In this document: piece after piece, positions 9,397-19,225 of the stretch | How positions within the stretch are numbered: the first letter of the stretch is position 1 | How the letters are laid out: each line of letters starts with the position of its first letter | Notes under the pieces: model-generated | What the model saw: the letters and a program-made list of their open reading frames with translations, nothing else | Database searches by the model: none | What the model was told of the DNA's origin: nothing | Position numbers and translations under genes: made by a program | DNA from: Gemmatimonadales bacterium | GTDB lineage: Bacteria > Gemmatimonadota > Gemmatimonadetes > Gemmatimonadales > GWC2-71-9 | DNA: 64,000 bases | Assembly (NCBI GenBank): GCA_965249575.1 | Contig: OZ252244.1 | Location: forward strand, 2,176,001-2,240,000 | Direction of reading: 5' to 3'

Positions 9397-10227
9397 CTAC
9401 GGCTCGATTGCCCTTCTCACCTCATCGGCGATGCGAGTGAATGGGCCGTTGCCGGATTCCGCGGCCCGGCGCGGCAGGGCGATGTCCCCGCGCTCCAGTC
9501 GATCGAGTATATGCTCCAACGCTACCTGGACTCTCTCGAGCTCCCGACGCCGTCCGCGGGCTAAACTGAATGCGAGGCCGGCGGCGATCGGTACCGGTAT
9601 GACCGCCACGGGAATAGCGACGCCCAGTGTCAGCGCGATCACGGTGCTGAGCGACCCTAGGCCGAGCACGCCGCCCGCTGTTCCCAGTCGATCCGTTAAC
9701 GTGTTACCAAGGTCCGCGAGGAGCCGAACGTGGCTCCAGCCGGATTCGAGGGGGACGACCTTTCCCACGACCTCGCGGGCGCGCGCCAGAATGTACGCTC
9801 TCCCACCGAAATTGAGACTCCGGCGGAGCGAGGCGAACGCGCCCTGCCGCGCTTCCCACGAAGTCTGCTGGGGATATCGCCGCTTGACGGCCAATAGCTC
9901 CCCCTCGCTCATCCAGTGTCCCAGTCGCTGCTCTACTTCGTGGGGATCGCCCGCGATTGTCCTTGCTGCGTACACGTGTCGGGCTCCGGCGAGCCGGACC
10001 ATCAACCCCCGGGATTCTTCGATCGGGGGGCGCGTGAGTTCTTCGAGCAATGCACGTTTGAGGTATCCCTCTGGAATACCCACTTCCTGCCCGAGCCCGA
10101 TGATCTCGCTTTCCGTCAAGCCTTCGCCGATTTCCCGCTCGCCTGCCTGCAGCTCGGCTGCCCGTTTGACGATTCTCTCTAGCGCAGCCCGATCGAATCG
10201 CTGACCGGCCGGCACCAAGTCGCCCAT
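9397..10227 (-). CDS. Hypothetical membrane protein
   Basis: 276-aa ORF in the operon with two C-terminal hydrophobic segments. Confidence 0.7.
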   Translation of the reverse strand: MGDLVPAGQRFDRAALERIVKRAAELQAGEREIGEGLTESEIIGLGQEVGIPEGYLKRALLEELTRPPIEESRGLMVRLAGARHVYAARTIAGDPHEVEQRLGHWMSEGELLAVKRRYPQQTSWEARQGAFASLRRSLNFGGRAYILARAREVVGKVVPLESGWSHVRLLADLGNTLTDRLGTAGGVLGLGSLSTVIALTLGVAIPVAVIPVPIAAGLAFSLARGRRRELERVQVALEHILDRLERGDIALPRRAAESGNGPFTRIADEVRRAIEP

Positions 10228-10233
10228 GCGGAG

Positions 10234-11064
10234 TCAGGATTTCTGCGGCAGGCGGTCAGCCGCCTGTGTCGGGACCGGAGTGCCGGTAGAACTTGGCAGT
10301 TGCTTTTCGGATTCGGGCTTGGTTCGTCCGGCGTCGAGGAACGGCTTCAGGAGATCGATGGGTACGGGCAGTACCAGCGTCGACTTGTTCTCAGCTGCGA
10401 CCTCGACGACCGTCTGAAGATACCGGAGCTGTATCGCGGTGGGTTCGCGCGACATGATATTGGCGGCCTCCGTCAGGCGACCGGCCGCCTGGAACTCGCC
10501 CTCCGCCGCGATGATCTTGGCCCGCCGCTCGCGCTCAGCCTCGGCCTGCCGGGCCATCGCCCGCTTCATTTCGGGCGGCAGGTCGACGTCTTTGACTTCG
10601 ACGGCGGAGACTTCGATTCCCCACGCCTCGGTCCGCTCATCCACGATGCGCTTCAAAATCCCATTGATCTTCTCACGGTCGGCCAGCAGCTCGTCGAGCT
10701 GAACCTCGCCGAGGACGCTGCGCAACGTCGTCTGCGCCAGCTGGCTCGTCGCGAACACGTAGTTCTCGATCTTGATGATTGCGAGGTCGGGTTCCTTCAC
10801 ACGCATGTAGAGGACGGCGTTCACCTTGATCGAAACGTTGTCCCGCGTGATGACGTCCTGCGGTGGGATGTCCATCGCAATGGTGCGTAGGGAAACGCGG
10901 TCCATCTTGGCGACGATCAGCGGAACGAAAACGAGCCCGGGACCCTTGGTTCCCCAGTACTTACCGAGTAGAAAGGCGGCGCCACGCTCGTATTGCTTGA
11001 GGACTCGGAGGCTTCCGAAGGCGTAAGCCACGGCCCCGATCACCGTCCCGAGAAGGATTTCCAT
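10234..11064 (-). CDS. SPFH/stomatin (slipin) family protein
   Basis: [43 protein letters not shown]. Confidence 0.93.
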   Translation of the reverse strand: MEILLGTVIGAVAYAFGSLRVLKQYERGAAFLLGKYWGTKGPGLVFVPLIVAKMDRVSLRTIAMDIPPQDVITRDNVSIKVNAVLYMRVKEPDLAIIKIENYVFATSQLAQTTLRSVLGEVQLDELLADREKINGILKRIVDERTEAWGIEVSAVEVKDVDLPPEMKRAMARQAEAERERRAKIIAAEGEFQAAGRLTEAANIMSREPTAIQLRYLQTVVEVAAENKSTLVLPVPIDLLKPFLDAGRTKPESEKQLPSSTGTPVPTQAADRLPQKS

Positions 11065-11072
11065 GCGACGAT

Positions 11073-12278
11073 CTAGAAGGCTTCCACGATTACGGCAGCT
11101 CCCTGGCCGCCACCGATGCACGCCGATCCGAGTCCGAAGCGCTTCTTCTGCTGTCGAAGAGCATGTAGCAAGTGCACCGTGATGCGAGTGCCACTGGCCG
11201 CGAGCGGGTGCCCGATTGCGATGGCGCCGCCGTGTAAGTTGGTGCGGTCTCGGTCGAGTCCCAACTCCTTCTCGACGGCCAGGTACTGGGGCGCAAAGGC
11301 TTCGTTCACCTCCACGAGGTCCATTTGGTCGAGATTCAGCCCCGCCTTCGTGAGAGCCTTCCGCGCCGCCGGCGCGGGTCCGATGCCCATGTACTTCGGC
11401 TCGACTCCGACCACCGCCCAGGCGACCAGCCGGCCCAACGGCGTGACTCCAGCCGCTTTCGCGACGTCATCCGTGGCCAGTACAGTCGCGGCACCCCCGT
11501 CGCAGATGCCGGATGCGTTTCCCGCTGTTACGAGGCCGTCCTTCTTGAAATAGGGTTTGAGTGACATGAGCGCTTCCAGCGTGGTGTCGGGACGAATGTG
11601 CTCGTCCTCCCTCCAGTCCGCGATCTCTTTGGACTTCCGATGCTTGACGGGCACCGGCACGACCTCGTCTTGAAACACACAATCCTTCCAAGCCTTTGCT
11701 GCGAGCTGCTGACTGCGCAGGGCAACGGCATCGACGTCCTCGCGCTTCAGCGCATACTTGTCGGCGAGATTCTCCGCGGTTTCAGCCATCGAAAATCCGC
11801 ACTGAGGATCGGTGAGGGCTTCCCACAGCAAGTCCTCCAAAGGCTGCGTTGGCCCGAGTCGCAGTCCCCACCTTACGCCTCGAACGACGTGCGGCGCTTG
11901 GCTCATCGATTCGGCTCCGCCCGCCAACACCACATCGGATTCGCCGAGCAGGATCTGCTGGGCGCCCTGAATGATCGATTCGAATCCCGAGCCGCACAGC
12001 CGGTTCACGGTTACGGCCGGCGTTTCGATCGGGAGTCCTGCGCGAAGCGCCACGTGCCGCGCGAGGTATATGGCATCGGCAGAGGTTTGGAGGGCGTTTC
12101 CGAAAACGACGTGATCGACTTTGTTCTCGGAGATCCCGGAGCGCTCGAGTGCATGCTGGGCGGCAATCGTGCCGAGGTCCGTCGCGGAAAAAGCCTTCAG
12201 CGACCCGCCAAACGCCCCGAATCCCGTACGAACGCCGGACAGGAATACGACGCTGGGTCGCGTGTCTCTCGTCTTCAT
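11073..12278 (-). CDS. Acetyl-CoA C-acyltransferase (thiolase)
   Basis: [33 protein letters not shown]. Confidence 0.95.
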   Translation of the reverse strand: MKTRDTRPSVVFLSGVRTGFGAFGGSLKAFSATDLGTIAAQHALERSGISENKVDHVVFGNALQTSADAIYLARHVALRAGLPIETPAVTVNRLCGSGFESIIQGAQQILLGESDVVLAGGAESMSQAPHVVRGVRWGLRLGPTQPLEDLLWEALTDPQCGFSMAETAENLADKYALKREDVDAVALRSQQLAAKAWKDCVFQDEVVPVPVKHRKSKEIADWREDEHIRPDTTLEALMSLKPYFKKDGLVTAGNASGICDGGAATVLATDDVAKAAGVTPLGRLVAWAVVGVEPKYMGIGPAPAARKALTKAGLNLDQMDLVEVNEAFAPQYLAVEKELGLDRDRTNLHGGAIAIGHPLAASGTRITVHLLHALRQQKKRFGLGSACIGGGQGAAVIVEAF

Positions 12279-12392
12279 GGAATGACGCCCCCGCACAGAT
12301 CAAGACGCTACGGCCACCGGAAGCTCAATATAGAGTGAAGACCCATCAGATGGGGAGCGGCATCCCCTGCTGACGACAGGGGCGCCAAGTGA

Positions 12393-13082
12393 TCAGGCTC
12401 CTGCGCCGTCCGCGTCCCAGCCGACCACCCGGTGCCCACAACTGGCGCAGAAGACCCAAACCGTTTCCAGTCCGGCACCGCACTTCGCGCACTCCTCCAT
12501 GCTCGCTTGGCCGCCGCAGAATGGGCAGTAAAGCGCGCGCCGCCCGGGGAGACCGGCTCCGCAGTGTGGGCAGGTTCCCAGGCGCTCGTCGGATGGTGCG
12601 GGAAAGCTGCGTTCCGGAGCGGCGGCGACGGGTTCCGTGGTGGTCTGGACCGGGGGTGCCTGCTCCTCCGGTTCGGGCACCGCAGGCGGCGCAAACTCGG
12701 TGCCGGGAGGGGCGTATGCACCGTGCGGGTTCAGAACGGCTCGCACGGCCTCCACGTTCAACGTCACCTTGCTAGCCGCGTAGTCGCGCAAGACCCCAGG
12801 GTTGGGGTCGACCTCCCGGATCTCTTCGATGAGGGCGTCCCGCACCTCGGCTGGGGACACGACGGCGTAGCCCCGCTCCCCAGACAGGAACCGGAGGACC
12901 GCCATTTCGTAGTCCTGGTGGCTGTCGAGTCCAAGGGCCCGGCGGTGGACCTTATAAGGAAGGATTTTCTGATACAGCTCAGAGGCCTCGAACGGCGAGC
13001 TCAGCTTCTTCGGGTTTTGTTCGGCTAGGACGTTGACCAGGAGCTCGAACAAGCGCCCGACGTCCTCTCCCGGTCGGCTCAC
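12393..13082 (-). CDS. Hypothetical protein with C-terminal double zinc ribbon
   Basis: CPHC..CPFC..CAKC..CASC. GTG 13082 overlaps the upstream TGA. Confidence 0.8.
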   Translation of the reverse strand: MSRPGEDVGRLFELLVNVLAEQNPKKLSSPFEASELYQKILPYKVHRRALGLDSHQDYEMAVLRFLSGERGYAVVSPAEVRDALIEEIREVDPNPGVLRDYAASKVTLNVEAVRAVLNPHGAYAPPGTEFAPPAVPEPEEQAPPVQTTTEPVAAAPERSFPAPSDERLGTCPHCGAGLPGRRALYCPFCGGQASMEECAKCGAGLETVWVFCASCGHRVVGWDADGAGA

Positions 13083-13579
13083 CGCCACTCTCCCTCCCAT
13101 CGCTCGTATGCTACCGGAACGACGCCGGCCGTCTCGAGTAACTCGAGTCCGCTCGGATCTCGGTAGGCTCGGCGGTAGAACACATGGCTGACGTCGGAGT
13201 TGATCATCAGCTTGGCGCACATGATGCACGGGCTGGTGGTCACGAAGACCACCTTGTCACCCATGCTCCCAGGCGCCTTTACCAGGGCGTTCACCTCCGA
13301 GTGAATGCACCCGCAGCTTCCCGGCACCGCGGAATCGCACTTGTTCGGTAACCCTTTTGCGTTCCCGTTGTAACCGATTGCCACCACGTTCTGGAGTCGC
13401 GCGTCGGTTACTACGGTCCCGACCTGCAGTCGCGCGCACGTTGAACGCTTCGCCAGCTCCTCCGCCATCCGCATGTAGACCTCGTATAGGGGAATGCGGC
13501 TGAGGTCCGGCTCGGCGTCTGGCTCGATGAGGTTGAGGGGGTGTGTATTCGCGCTCACGCCGTCCTTGAATCCGGTCAT
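13079..13579 (-). CDS. dCMP deaminase (ComEB-like)
   Basis: RSTC, GYNG, HSEVNA, SPCIMC zinc-deaminase motifs. ATG 13579 overlaps the rnhA stop. Confidence 0.9.
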   Translation of the reverse strand: MTGFKDGVSANTHPLNLIEPDAEPDLSRIPLYEVYMRMAEELAKRSTCARLQVGTVVTDARLQNVVAIGYNGNAKGLPNKCDSAVPGSCGCIHSEVNALVKAPGSMGDKVVFVTTSPCIMCAKLMINSDVSHVFYRRAYRDPSGLELLETAGVVPVAYERWEGEWR

Positions 13580-14184
13580 GGGGGCCCGTTCAGTTGGTTT
13601 ACGAGTCTCGAGAACTCGGCGTCCGGGTCGAAGTCGACGAATTGCTTCCGAGCACGGCGCTCCCCGAGCCATGCGTCGAATCCCGACAGCACTGCGCCCC
13701 GCGATGTTTCCTGCTCCGTGGCAGCTCTGATCGCGAGGTCGTTCGCGTATTCGTTCTTGGGATTCCCAGCGTGGCCGCGAACCCAGATGAACGTCGGCTG
13801 GTGATCTCCGGCCACGCGGACAAGTGTCTTCCACAACTCCAAGTTCTCGACCTTACCTCCCCTACGCTTCCAGCCCCGGGCCCGCCAGGCAGCCACCCAC
13901 TCGTTCATGCCGTGTACCAGATACTGCGAGTCCGAGACATACGCTACCCTGAATCGATCGCTCCCGTCTCCCTTCAGCAGTGCCAGGGCGGCGATCGCCC
14001 CGTTGAGTGCCATCCGGTTGTTCGTGGTGCCTCGAGCGGCGAGGTACAAATCCCGTCGCAGGATACGCTCATCCGCCTGCGTCTCGATGAGTGCGGCCGC
14101 GCCCCCAGGGCTTTCGCGGCTCCGATCGTTACCGAGGCAGCTTTCGTCCGCGTGAATGACTGCCACGGTGAGTTGCTCAGCCAT
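13576..14184 (-). CDS. rnhA: Ribonuclease HI
   Basis: HADESCLGN, TTNNRMAL, SDSQY, VENLELW, WVRGHAGNPKNEYANDLA. Confidence 0.9.
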   Translation of the reverse strand: MAEQLTVAVIHADESCLGNDRSRESPGGAAALIETQADERILRRDLYLAARGTTNNRMALNGAIAALALLKGDGSDRFRVAYVSDSQYLVHGMNEWVAAWRARGWKRRGGKVENLELWKTLVRVAGDHQPTFIWVRGHAGNPKNEYANDLAIRAATEQETSRGAVLSGFDAWLGERRARKQFVDFDPDAEFSRLVNQLNGPP

Positions 14185-15259
14185 CTTCGAGCGCGTCGAT
14201 CTCCGCCAGAGGGCCGTCGACGATTTCACCCACCACCGCGCCGCCGTAGGGGGCGTTCTCCCGATCCAGCAGCTCGATCAGCGCGTCGGCCCGACCGGCT
14301 TCCACCGCAATCAAGAGTCCCCCGGAGGTTTGCGCGTCGGTCATGAGAATCCGTTGGAGCGGGTCCACCGCAGATCCCCAGCGGGTGTACTCGTCCGAGG
14401 CTTCGCGGTTGCGGTCCGAGCCGCCAGGAACGGCTCCCCGCTCGGCGAGCTCGAGCGCCCGGTCGAGCAGGGGGACCCGCCGCACCCATACCCGGGCGCT
14501 CCGCTGACTGGCGGCCAACATGTTCCGGAGGTGGCCCATCACACCGAATCCCGTGACGTCGGTCGCCGCATGTACCGCGGATCCCAACGACCGCATGGCG
14601 CGCATGGCGCCGTCGTTCAATCGCATCATCGACTGGACGGCCGGCTCGATTCCAGACTCGGCAAGCAAGTCGCGTTTCAGAGCCGTGGTGAGCACTCCCG
14701 TTCCGATCGGTTTGGTGAGGACGAGCAGGTCGCCGGGGCGAGCCGTCGCATTGGTGATTAGCTTGTTCGGATGTACCTCTCCGATCGCGACCATGCCGAA
14801 TTTCGGTTCCGGATCGTCAACAGAATGGCCACCCAAAACGAACGCACCAGCGCGGTTAGCCACATCCGAGCCCCCACGAAGGGTCTCGCCTAGTAAATCG
14901 AGCAGGGCGGGGTCCCGCGGCCAAGCCAGGATGTTTAGGCCAAAGAGCGGCGCGGCTCCCATGGCGTAGAGGTCGCTCAGCGCGTTCGCCGCGGCGATCG
15001 CGCCGAACGCGTAAGGATCGTCGACCACAGGCGCGAAGAAGTCCACCGTTGCGACCAGGGCGCGGTCCGGAGAGATCTGAAAGACCGCGGCATCGTCGCG
15101 TGTCGATTGCGCGACCAAAACGCGTGGGTCACTCACAACGGGAACGTGGCGCAGGACCTGCGCCAGCTCGTCCAGGCCGAGCTTAGAGGCTCAGCCGGCC
15201 CCGTGGGAAAGCGACGTCAGCCGGATGCGCGGACGCTGGTCCCGGGGTGCGTCGTTCAT
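14177..15259 (-). CDS. selD: Selenide, water dikinase (selenophosphate synthetase), selenocysteine-containing
   Basis: MNDAPRDQRPRIRLTSLSHGAG-UGA-ASKLGLDELAQVL runs in frame into DDAAV, TVDFF, ANALSDLYAMG, TDVTGFG, DAQTSGGLL. UGA at 15193-15191. Confidence 0.95.
15147..15190 (-). promoter_or_regulatory. Candidate bacterial SECIS element of selD
   Basis: AGCUCG-GCCUGGA-CGAGCU hairpin 7 nt after the UGA, followed by UGGCGCAG-GUC-CUGCGCCA. Confidence 0.65.
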
Positions 15260-15277
15260 CGTCCTCCAGGGGATAGT

Positions 15278-15982
15278 GTGGATCATAGTTGGGCCGCTTA
15301 CGCGGCCGCTGTTGCTCTGGGCGCGGCGCACGCGCTTGAGGTCGATCACATGGTTGCCGTGACGGCGTTCGTCGGTGGTCACCCAAGGTCTGCGCTCGCG
15401 TTCGGCACGGGCGTTCGATGGGGTGTGGGGCACGCCGTCGCTCTCATGGCGGCGGGGGGGCTGCTTGCCTGGACCGGACTCACCCTTCCCGAGGCCGCGG
15501 GATTGTGGATGGAGATGGGGGTTGGCGTCTTGCTCATTAGTGTCGGGATCTGGGTTGTCAGAACGGCGTCACGGCTCCACGTGCACGGCCCGCCGAAGCA
15601 CGATGGTCACGCGCACCTGCATGCACACGAGGGGAGCGACCACTCTCATTCACACGTCCACTCCTCCAACTCGCATTTCCGTCACCGCCATCTCACGACA
15701 CTTGTCGGCGCGTTCCACGGCCTCGCAGGCACCGCCCCCCTTGTGGCGCTCCTTCCGGTCACGATGATCTCCGACATTTGGGCGGCGTTCGGTTACCTCG
15801 CGGCGTTTGGTCTCGGCACCACGGTGTCCATGGGCGTTTACGGAGCGATCGCCGCCGCCACGGCCCAACGGGCGGCCGTATCCTCTGCCTCTGCACACAG
15901 ACTGGCTGTGGCAACGGCCGTCGCCAGTATAGGCGTGGGTGTTTGGTGGATCGTTCGGTCCATTCCAGCCCTATCCGGTTAG
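15278..15982 (+). CDS. Nickel/cobalt transporter-like membrane protein (UreH/HoxN-like)
   Basis: HALEVDH, WGVGH, His-rich loop, GAFHGLAGTA; multiple transmembrane segments. Confidence 0.85.
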   Translation: MDHSWAAYAAAVALGAAHALEVDHMVAVTAFVGGHPRSALAFGTGVRWGVGHAVALMAAGGLLAWTGLTLPEAAGLWMEMGVGVLLISVGIWVVRTASRLHVHGPPKHDGHAHLHAHEGSDHSHSHVHSSNSHFRHRHLTTLVGAFHGLAGTAPLVALLPVTMISDIWAAFGYLAAFGLGTTVSMGVYGAIAAATAQRAAVSSASAHRLAVATAVASIGVGVWWIVRSIPALSG

Positions 15983-15983
15983 G

Positions 15984-16886
15984 CTAGCGGCCGGCCGTTC
16001 TCAGTGCTCTGAGAACAATAAGGGCGCGTTCCTCATTGGCCGGTTCGGCGAACACGTCGACGTCCACACCGGAACTATACAATGCTGGGATGGCATGTCG
16101 CACCGCTTCCCGCGCGTCAGCAGTTGGAATCTGGGTCAGTGCGTCGAGGGCGTGAAGAAGATGCGCTCCCGCCCATGTGCCGTCGTCTCGCTGATGGCGT
16201 ACCACGTGTGCCGTGATTTCTCCCAGTCGGTCCCGGTATTCGAGAGGAGCGTGTGCCAGCGCCCCGAGGGCGCAGAATACGAGCTCGGGGGTCCAGTCCT
16301 GCTCCCAGTTCTCCCACATGTCCCGAATGGCAAAGAGTGACTCCACGTGCCGGCGCACGGGTGCCCGCCGGTCCTCCCGAGCCCGGAGCACGGTTCGGAG
16401 CGCGAAGCAGCTCGCGGCGAAGCGAGCATCCAGCTCCGACTGGCCCACTACGCCCGACGGGAAGGCAAGGGGGGCGATCGGTTCCTCAGCCGTCCCCGGA
16501 GAAAAAAACCCACCCTGGAACGCAGTACCGAGCCGGAGGTCCGATCCCAGACCGACGCCGGTTTCACCAAACCGTCCAGGCTGGTCCGCGCGGGTCAGGA
16601 TAAACCCCACCATTCGGACCACGCCCGCATTGTCCGACGGACAATCGAGCTGGAGCAGCTCCCACGCTGTCCACGCAGTCCGCACCAACGAATGGTCCAC
16701 GCTCCCGTCCGGTCGCGTACAGCGTCGCCGCTCGCGAATGAGGTGCTCCACTAATTGCGGGTCGTCGCTCTTGGGGCGGCCGAGCAGCCGGCGACCGAGC
16801 ACTCCCGGCCGCGTTTGGCGTGCCCGGAAGAACTCCGCGGCGCGACCCAGTGCGTGGGCGTGTTCCGTAGGAGACTCGGCCGTCAT
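15984..16886 (-). CDS. Hypothetical protein, possible prenyltransferase/squalene-cyclase-like helical repeats
   Basis: 300-aa ORF with RPDGSVD and QRDDGTW motifs resembling QxxDGxW repeats. Confidence 0.6.
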   Translation of the reverse strand: MTAESPTEHAHALGRAAEFFRARQTRPGVLGRRLLGRPKSDDPQLVEHLIRERRRCTRPDGSVDHSLVRTAWTAWELLQLDCPSDNAGVVRMVGFILTRADQPGRFGETGVGLGSDLRLGTAFQGGFFSPGTAEEPIAPLAFPSGVVGQSELDARFAASCFALRTVLRAREDRRAPVRRHVESLFAIRDMWENWEQDWTPELVFCALGALAHAPLEYRDRLGEITAHVVRHQRDDGTWAGAHLLHALDALTQIPTADAREAVRHAIPALYSSGVDVDVFAEPANEERALIVLRALRTAGR

Positions 16887-16955
16887 GATAAGTAAAGATG
16901 AGGTGTGGGTCGCGGTGCCGGCCAGTCCGGCGGACGAGACGCCGCTACGAGCCGA

Positions 16956-18317
16956 CTACCATAGTTCCCGCAGCTCGCGTGGAAGAAGGGTCGCTCCCTC
17001 GAGCACGACCATCTCGATGCTGCGGGTGTTCGAGATGTCATCGATGGGGCTGCCGGTGAGTACAAGAAAATCCGCGAGGCCCCCCACCTGGAGAACACCG
17101 ATCGAATCGGCTCGGAGGAGCTGGGCACCTCCTCTTGTCGCGGCCATTAGTGCTTCGGTGGGCGTCAGGCCGGCTGCGACGAGGAGCTGTAGCTCGTCGT
17201 GGAGGCTCGCTCCCGGCGCGAGAAGCGGATTGGGCGAGTCCGTTCCCGCTGCCAGGAGGCCTCCCGCTTCCTGGAAGATCCGAACGAACTGATCTTGTTT
17301 TGGCCGAGACCGGCGGAAGGCTGCAAAGTCCCGGCTCCCGATGCCCGCCCTGCGAATGAGGGCGGACACGTTCCATTCTGACCGTGTCTCCTCGGGGACT
17401 CCTGACAGGTCGAGCTGGTCGGCGTACGCTCGATCGTTGAGGTGGGCGTAGGTTTCGTGGGCGGTGAGTGTTGGGACGACTCCCAGTCGAGCCTGAGCCA
17501 GTCGGCGGGCTGTTCGCGCCAGGCTCTCTGTGTCGAGCCCCGCCCAGCCCCGCTCGAACATGTTCCAGCCTCTGTAGAAGTTGTTGTGAGCCTCGAAGTA
17601 AGGGCTCGGGTCCGAAACGGTGGCCTCGACGACGCCGGTCATGTGCTCTATTGCATTTACCCCCAACCGGGAAGCGGTGAGAGCGTCCACCCTCCCCAAA
17701 TGAGCCGCCACAGGCAGCTCCAGCGCAGCCGCCTCGTCAGTGATGGCCCGCAACAGCGATCTCGTGATTCGGGGTGAGACCTTGGCGAGCGCGGCGTCGG
17801 CGAGCGCCAATTGGTCGATCGCCCGCCGGCCCTGCTCCGGGGTACGTACTCCTTCGGCACCGGGCCACTGGACTGGCGCCCGGTCGATCACAGCACCGGC
17901 GACATACATACGCGGCCCGTCGATGACCCGGCCGACGACGTCGTCGCGCAACGCGAGGACGCTGTCTCCAATCCCCCCAGCGTCGCGGATGGAGGTGACT
18001 TCGTAGGCAAGGAAACGCGCGAGCGTCCAGCGCTCTGCGTGGGTATGCGCGTCAACGAGCCCGGGAATGACCCACCGGCCGTCGAGCTGGACGACGGCGG
18101 CCCCTCGTGGAACCTCCAGAGCGTCGGCGGAGGCGATGGCCTCGATCCGGCCCTCGGCCACCAAGATGACGGCGTTCGCGATCACCGGACCCCCGGTTCC
18201 GTCAAACACCTGGGCCCCGACGTACGCGGTCTTCCCGGCCCCCGGACCGGCGCAGCCCGCAATCAGGGCGATACCGATTGGCGCCACCGTTGCGAGGAGT
18301 TGTCTCCTTCTTGCCAC
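16956..18317 (-). CDS. Amidohydrolase family lipoprotein
   Basis: Lipobox LIAGC, IPGLVDAHTH, AGTD, GGLADFLVLTGSP. GTG 18317 follows GGAGG. Confidence 0.85.
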   Translation of the reverse strand: MARRRQLLATVAPIGIALIAGCAGPGAGKTAYVGAQVFDGTGGPVIANAVILVAEGRIEAIASADALEVPRGAAVVQLDGRWVIPGLVDAHTHAERWTLARFLAYEVTSIRDAGGIGDSVLALRDDVVGRVIDGPRMYVAGAVIDRAPVQWPGAEGVRTPEQGRRAIDQLALADAALAKVSPRITRSLLRAITDEAAALELPVAAHLGRVDALTASRLGVNAIEHMTGVVEATVSDPSPYFEAHNNFYRGWNMFERGWAGLDTESLARTARRLAQARLGVVPTLTAHETYAHLNDRAYADQLDLSGVPEETRSEWNVSALIRRAGIGSRDFAAFRRSRPKQDQFVRIFQEAGGLLAAGTDSPNPLLAPGASLHDELQLLVAAGLTPTEALMAATRGGAQLLRADSIGVLQVGGLADFLVLTGSPIDDISNTRSIEMVVLEGATLLPRELRELW

Positions 18318-18513
18318 GGTGCCTCCACCGCCTGGTGGTTGAGGGATCGCGAGAGTCATCGGCCCGGGCGCGTGCCCGGGGGTTGGGTGAGGCCGCACGG
18401 TTGCGGAAGCGCGCGAAGGCCGGCGCACCGGGGAGCACCCCGGTCTTGCCGGCCGCGCGATCTTGACTCCCAAAAACCCGCCCGGTGCCGCGACAAAGGG
18501 GCCAGGATGCCGA

Positions 18514-19023
18514 TTAACGCCTTTGGGAACGAGCTTTCTTCTTCGCGGCTTTTCGCCCTGGCGCCTTGCGAGCCACCTTCTTCGTCCCGCGCTTTGCGGT
18601 CTTTCGGGCCGGTTTCCGCTTTGCTGGTTTCTTTCGAGACTTGCCGGTCCCTCTCGCTGCCTTCTTCCGTGCGGGTTTTCTCTTCGCCGCCTTCTTTCCC
18701 GTCGTTCGCTTCTTCGCGACCTTCTTCTTGCCCGCGGCTTTCTTTCTGGCGGATTTCCGCGGGGACTTCTTCTTCGCAGCCCGTTTCTTGACGGCTCGCT
18801 TCTTGGCTTTCGCCTTCTTCTTAGGCTTCGCTTTCTTGGCCTTTTTGGGTTTGGCCTTGGCCTTGGCCTTTCTCGGGGTGGCCGCCGGCGTCGGCGCCGC
18901 TGGTTGGGACCAGATCGGCGGAGGTGCCTCTTCAGCCGGACGTGCCGGTGGGGTCAGCGGCATCGGGTCCCACATCCCCGGGCCGCCGAGACCGGAGTTG
19001 GTGGACTCGTGAATAATGGCCAT
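18514..19023 (-). CDS. Histone H1-like Lys/Ala/Arg-rich basic protein
   Basis: Pro-rich N-terminus followed by about 115 aa of KKAKAKKR/KPARKK repeats; GGAGGG Shine-Dalgarno upstream. Confidence 0.75.
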   Translation of the reverse strand: MAIIHESTNSGLGGPGMWDPMPLTPPARPAEEAPPPIWSQPAAPTPAATPRKAKAKAKPKKAKKAKPKKKAKAKKRAVKKRAAKKKSPRKSARKKAAGKKKVAKKRTTGKKAAKRKPARKKAARGTGKSRKKPAKRKPARKTAKRGTKKVARKAPGRKAAKKKARSQRR

Positions 19024-19225
19024 GTCGTTTCCCTCCGGTAGGTGCAGTGTGGCCGCTATAGTTTGTGTGTAGGAGGATCATGCGCAAGTGTTCTCGGCTC
19101 ATCTGCTTGACATGCGACACGGGCCGTTCTTACGTTCGATCGCATATCCTATGACGTCTTTTACGGTTACGGGACTCTCGGGACGCGCGGTTGGACTGGC
19201 CGCACCGCCGGGTTGCATCTTGCTC

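Noticed and set aside
4412..14184. thyX, dCMP deaminase and RNase H as signs of a prophage
   Set aside because: They sit among housekeeping genes, and no structural, integrase or terminase genes are present.
18514..18870. Repeated TTCTT motifs suggesting a repeat array or CRISPR
   Set aside because: They are Lys codon runs; there is no constant repeat-spacer structure.
18463..19041. Phe/Leu-rich plus-strand ORFs resembling membrane proteins
   Set aside because: They are the antisense shadow of the Lys-rich histone-like gene.
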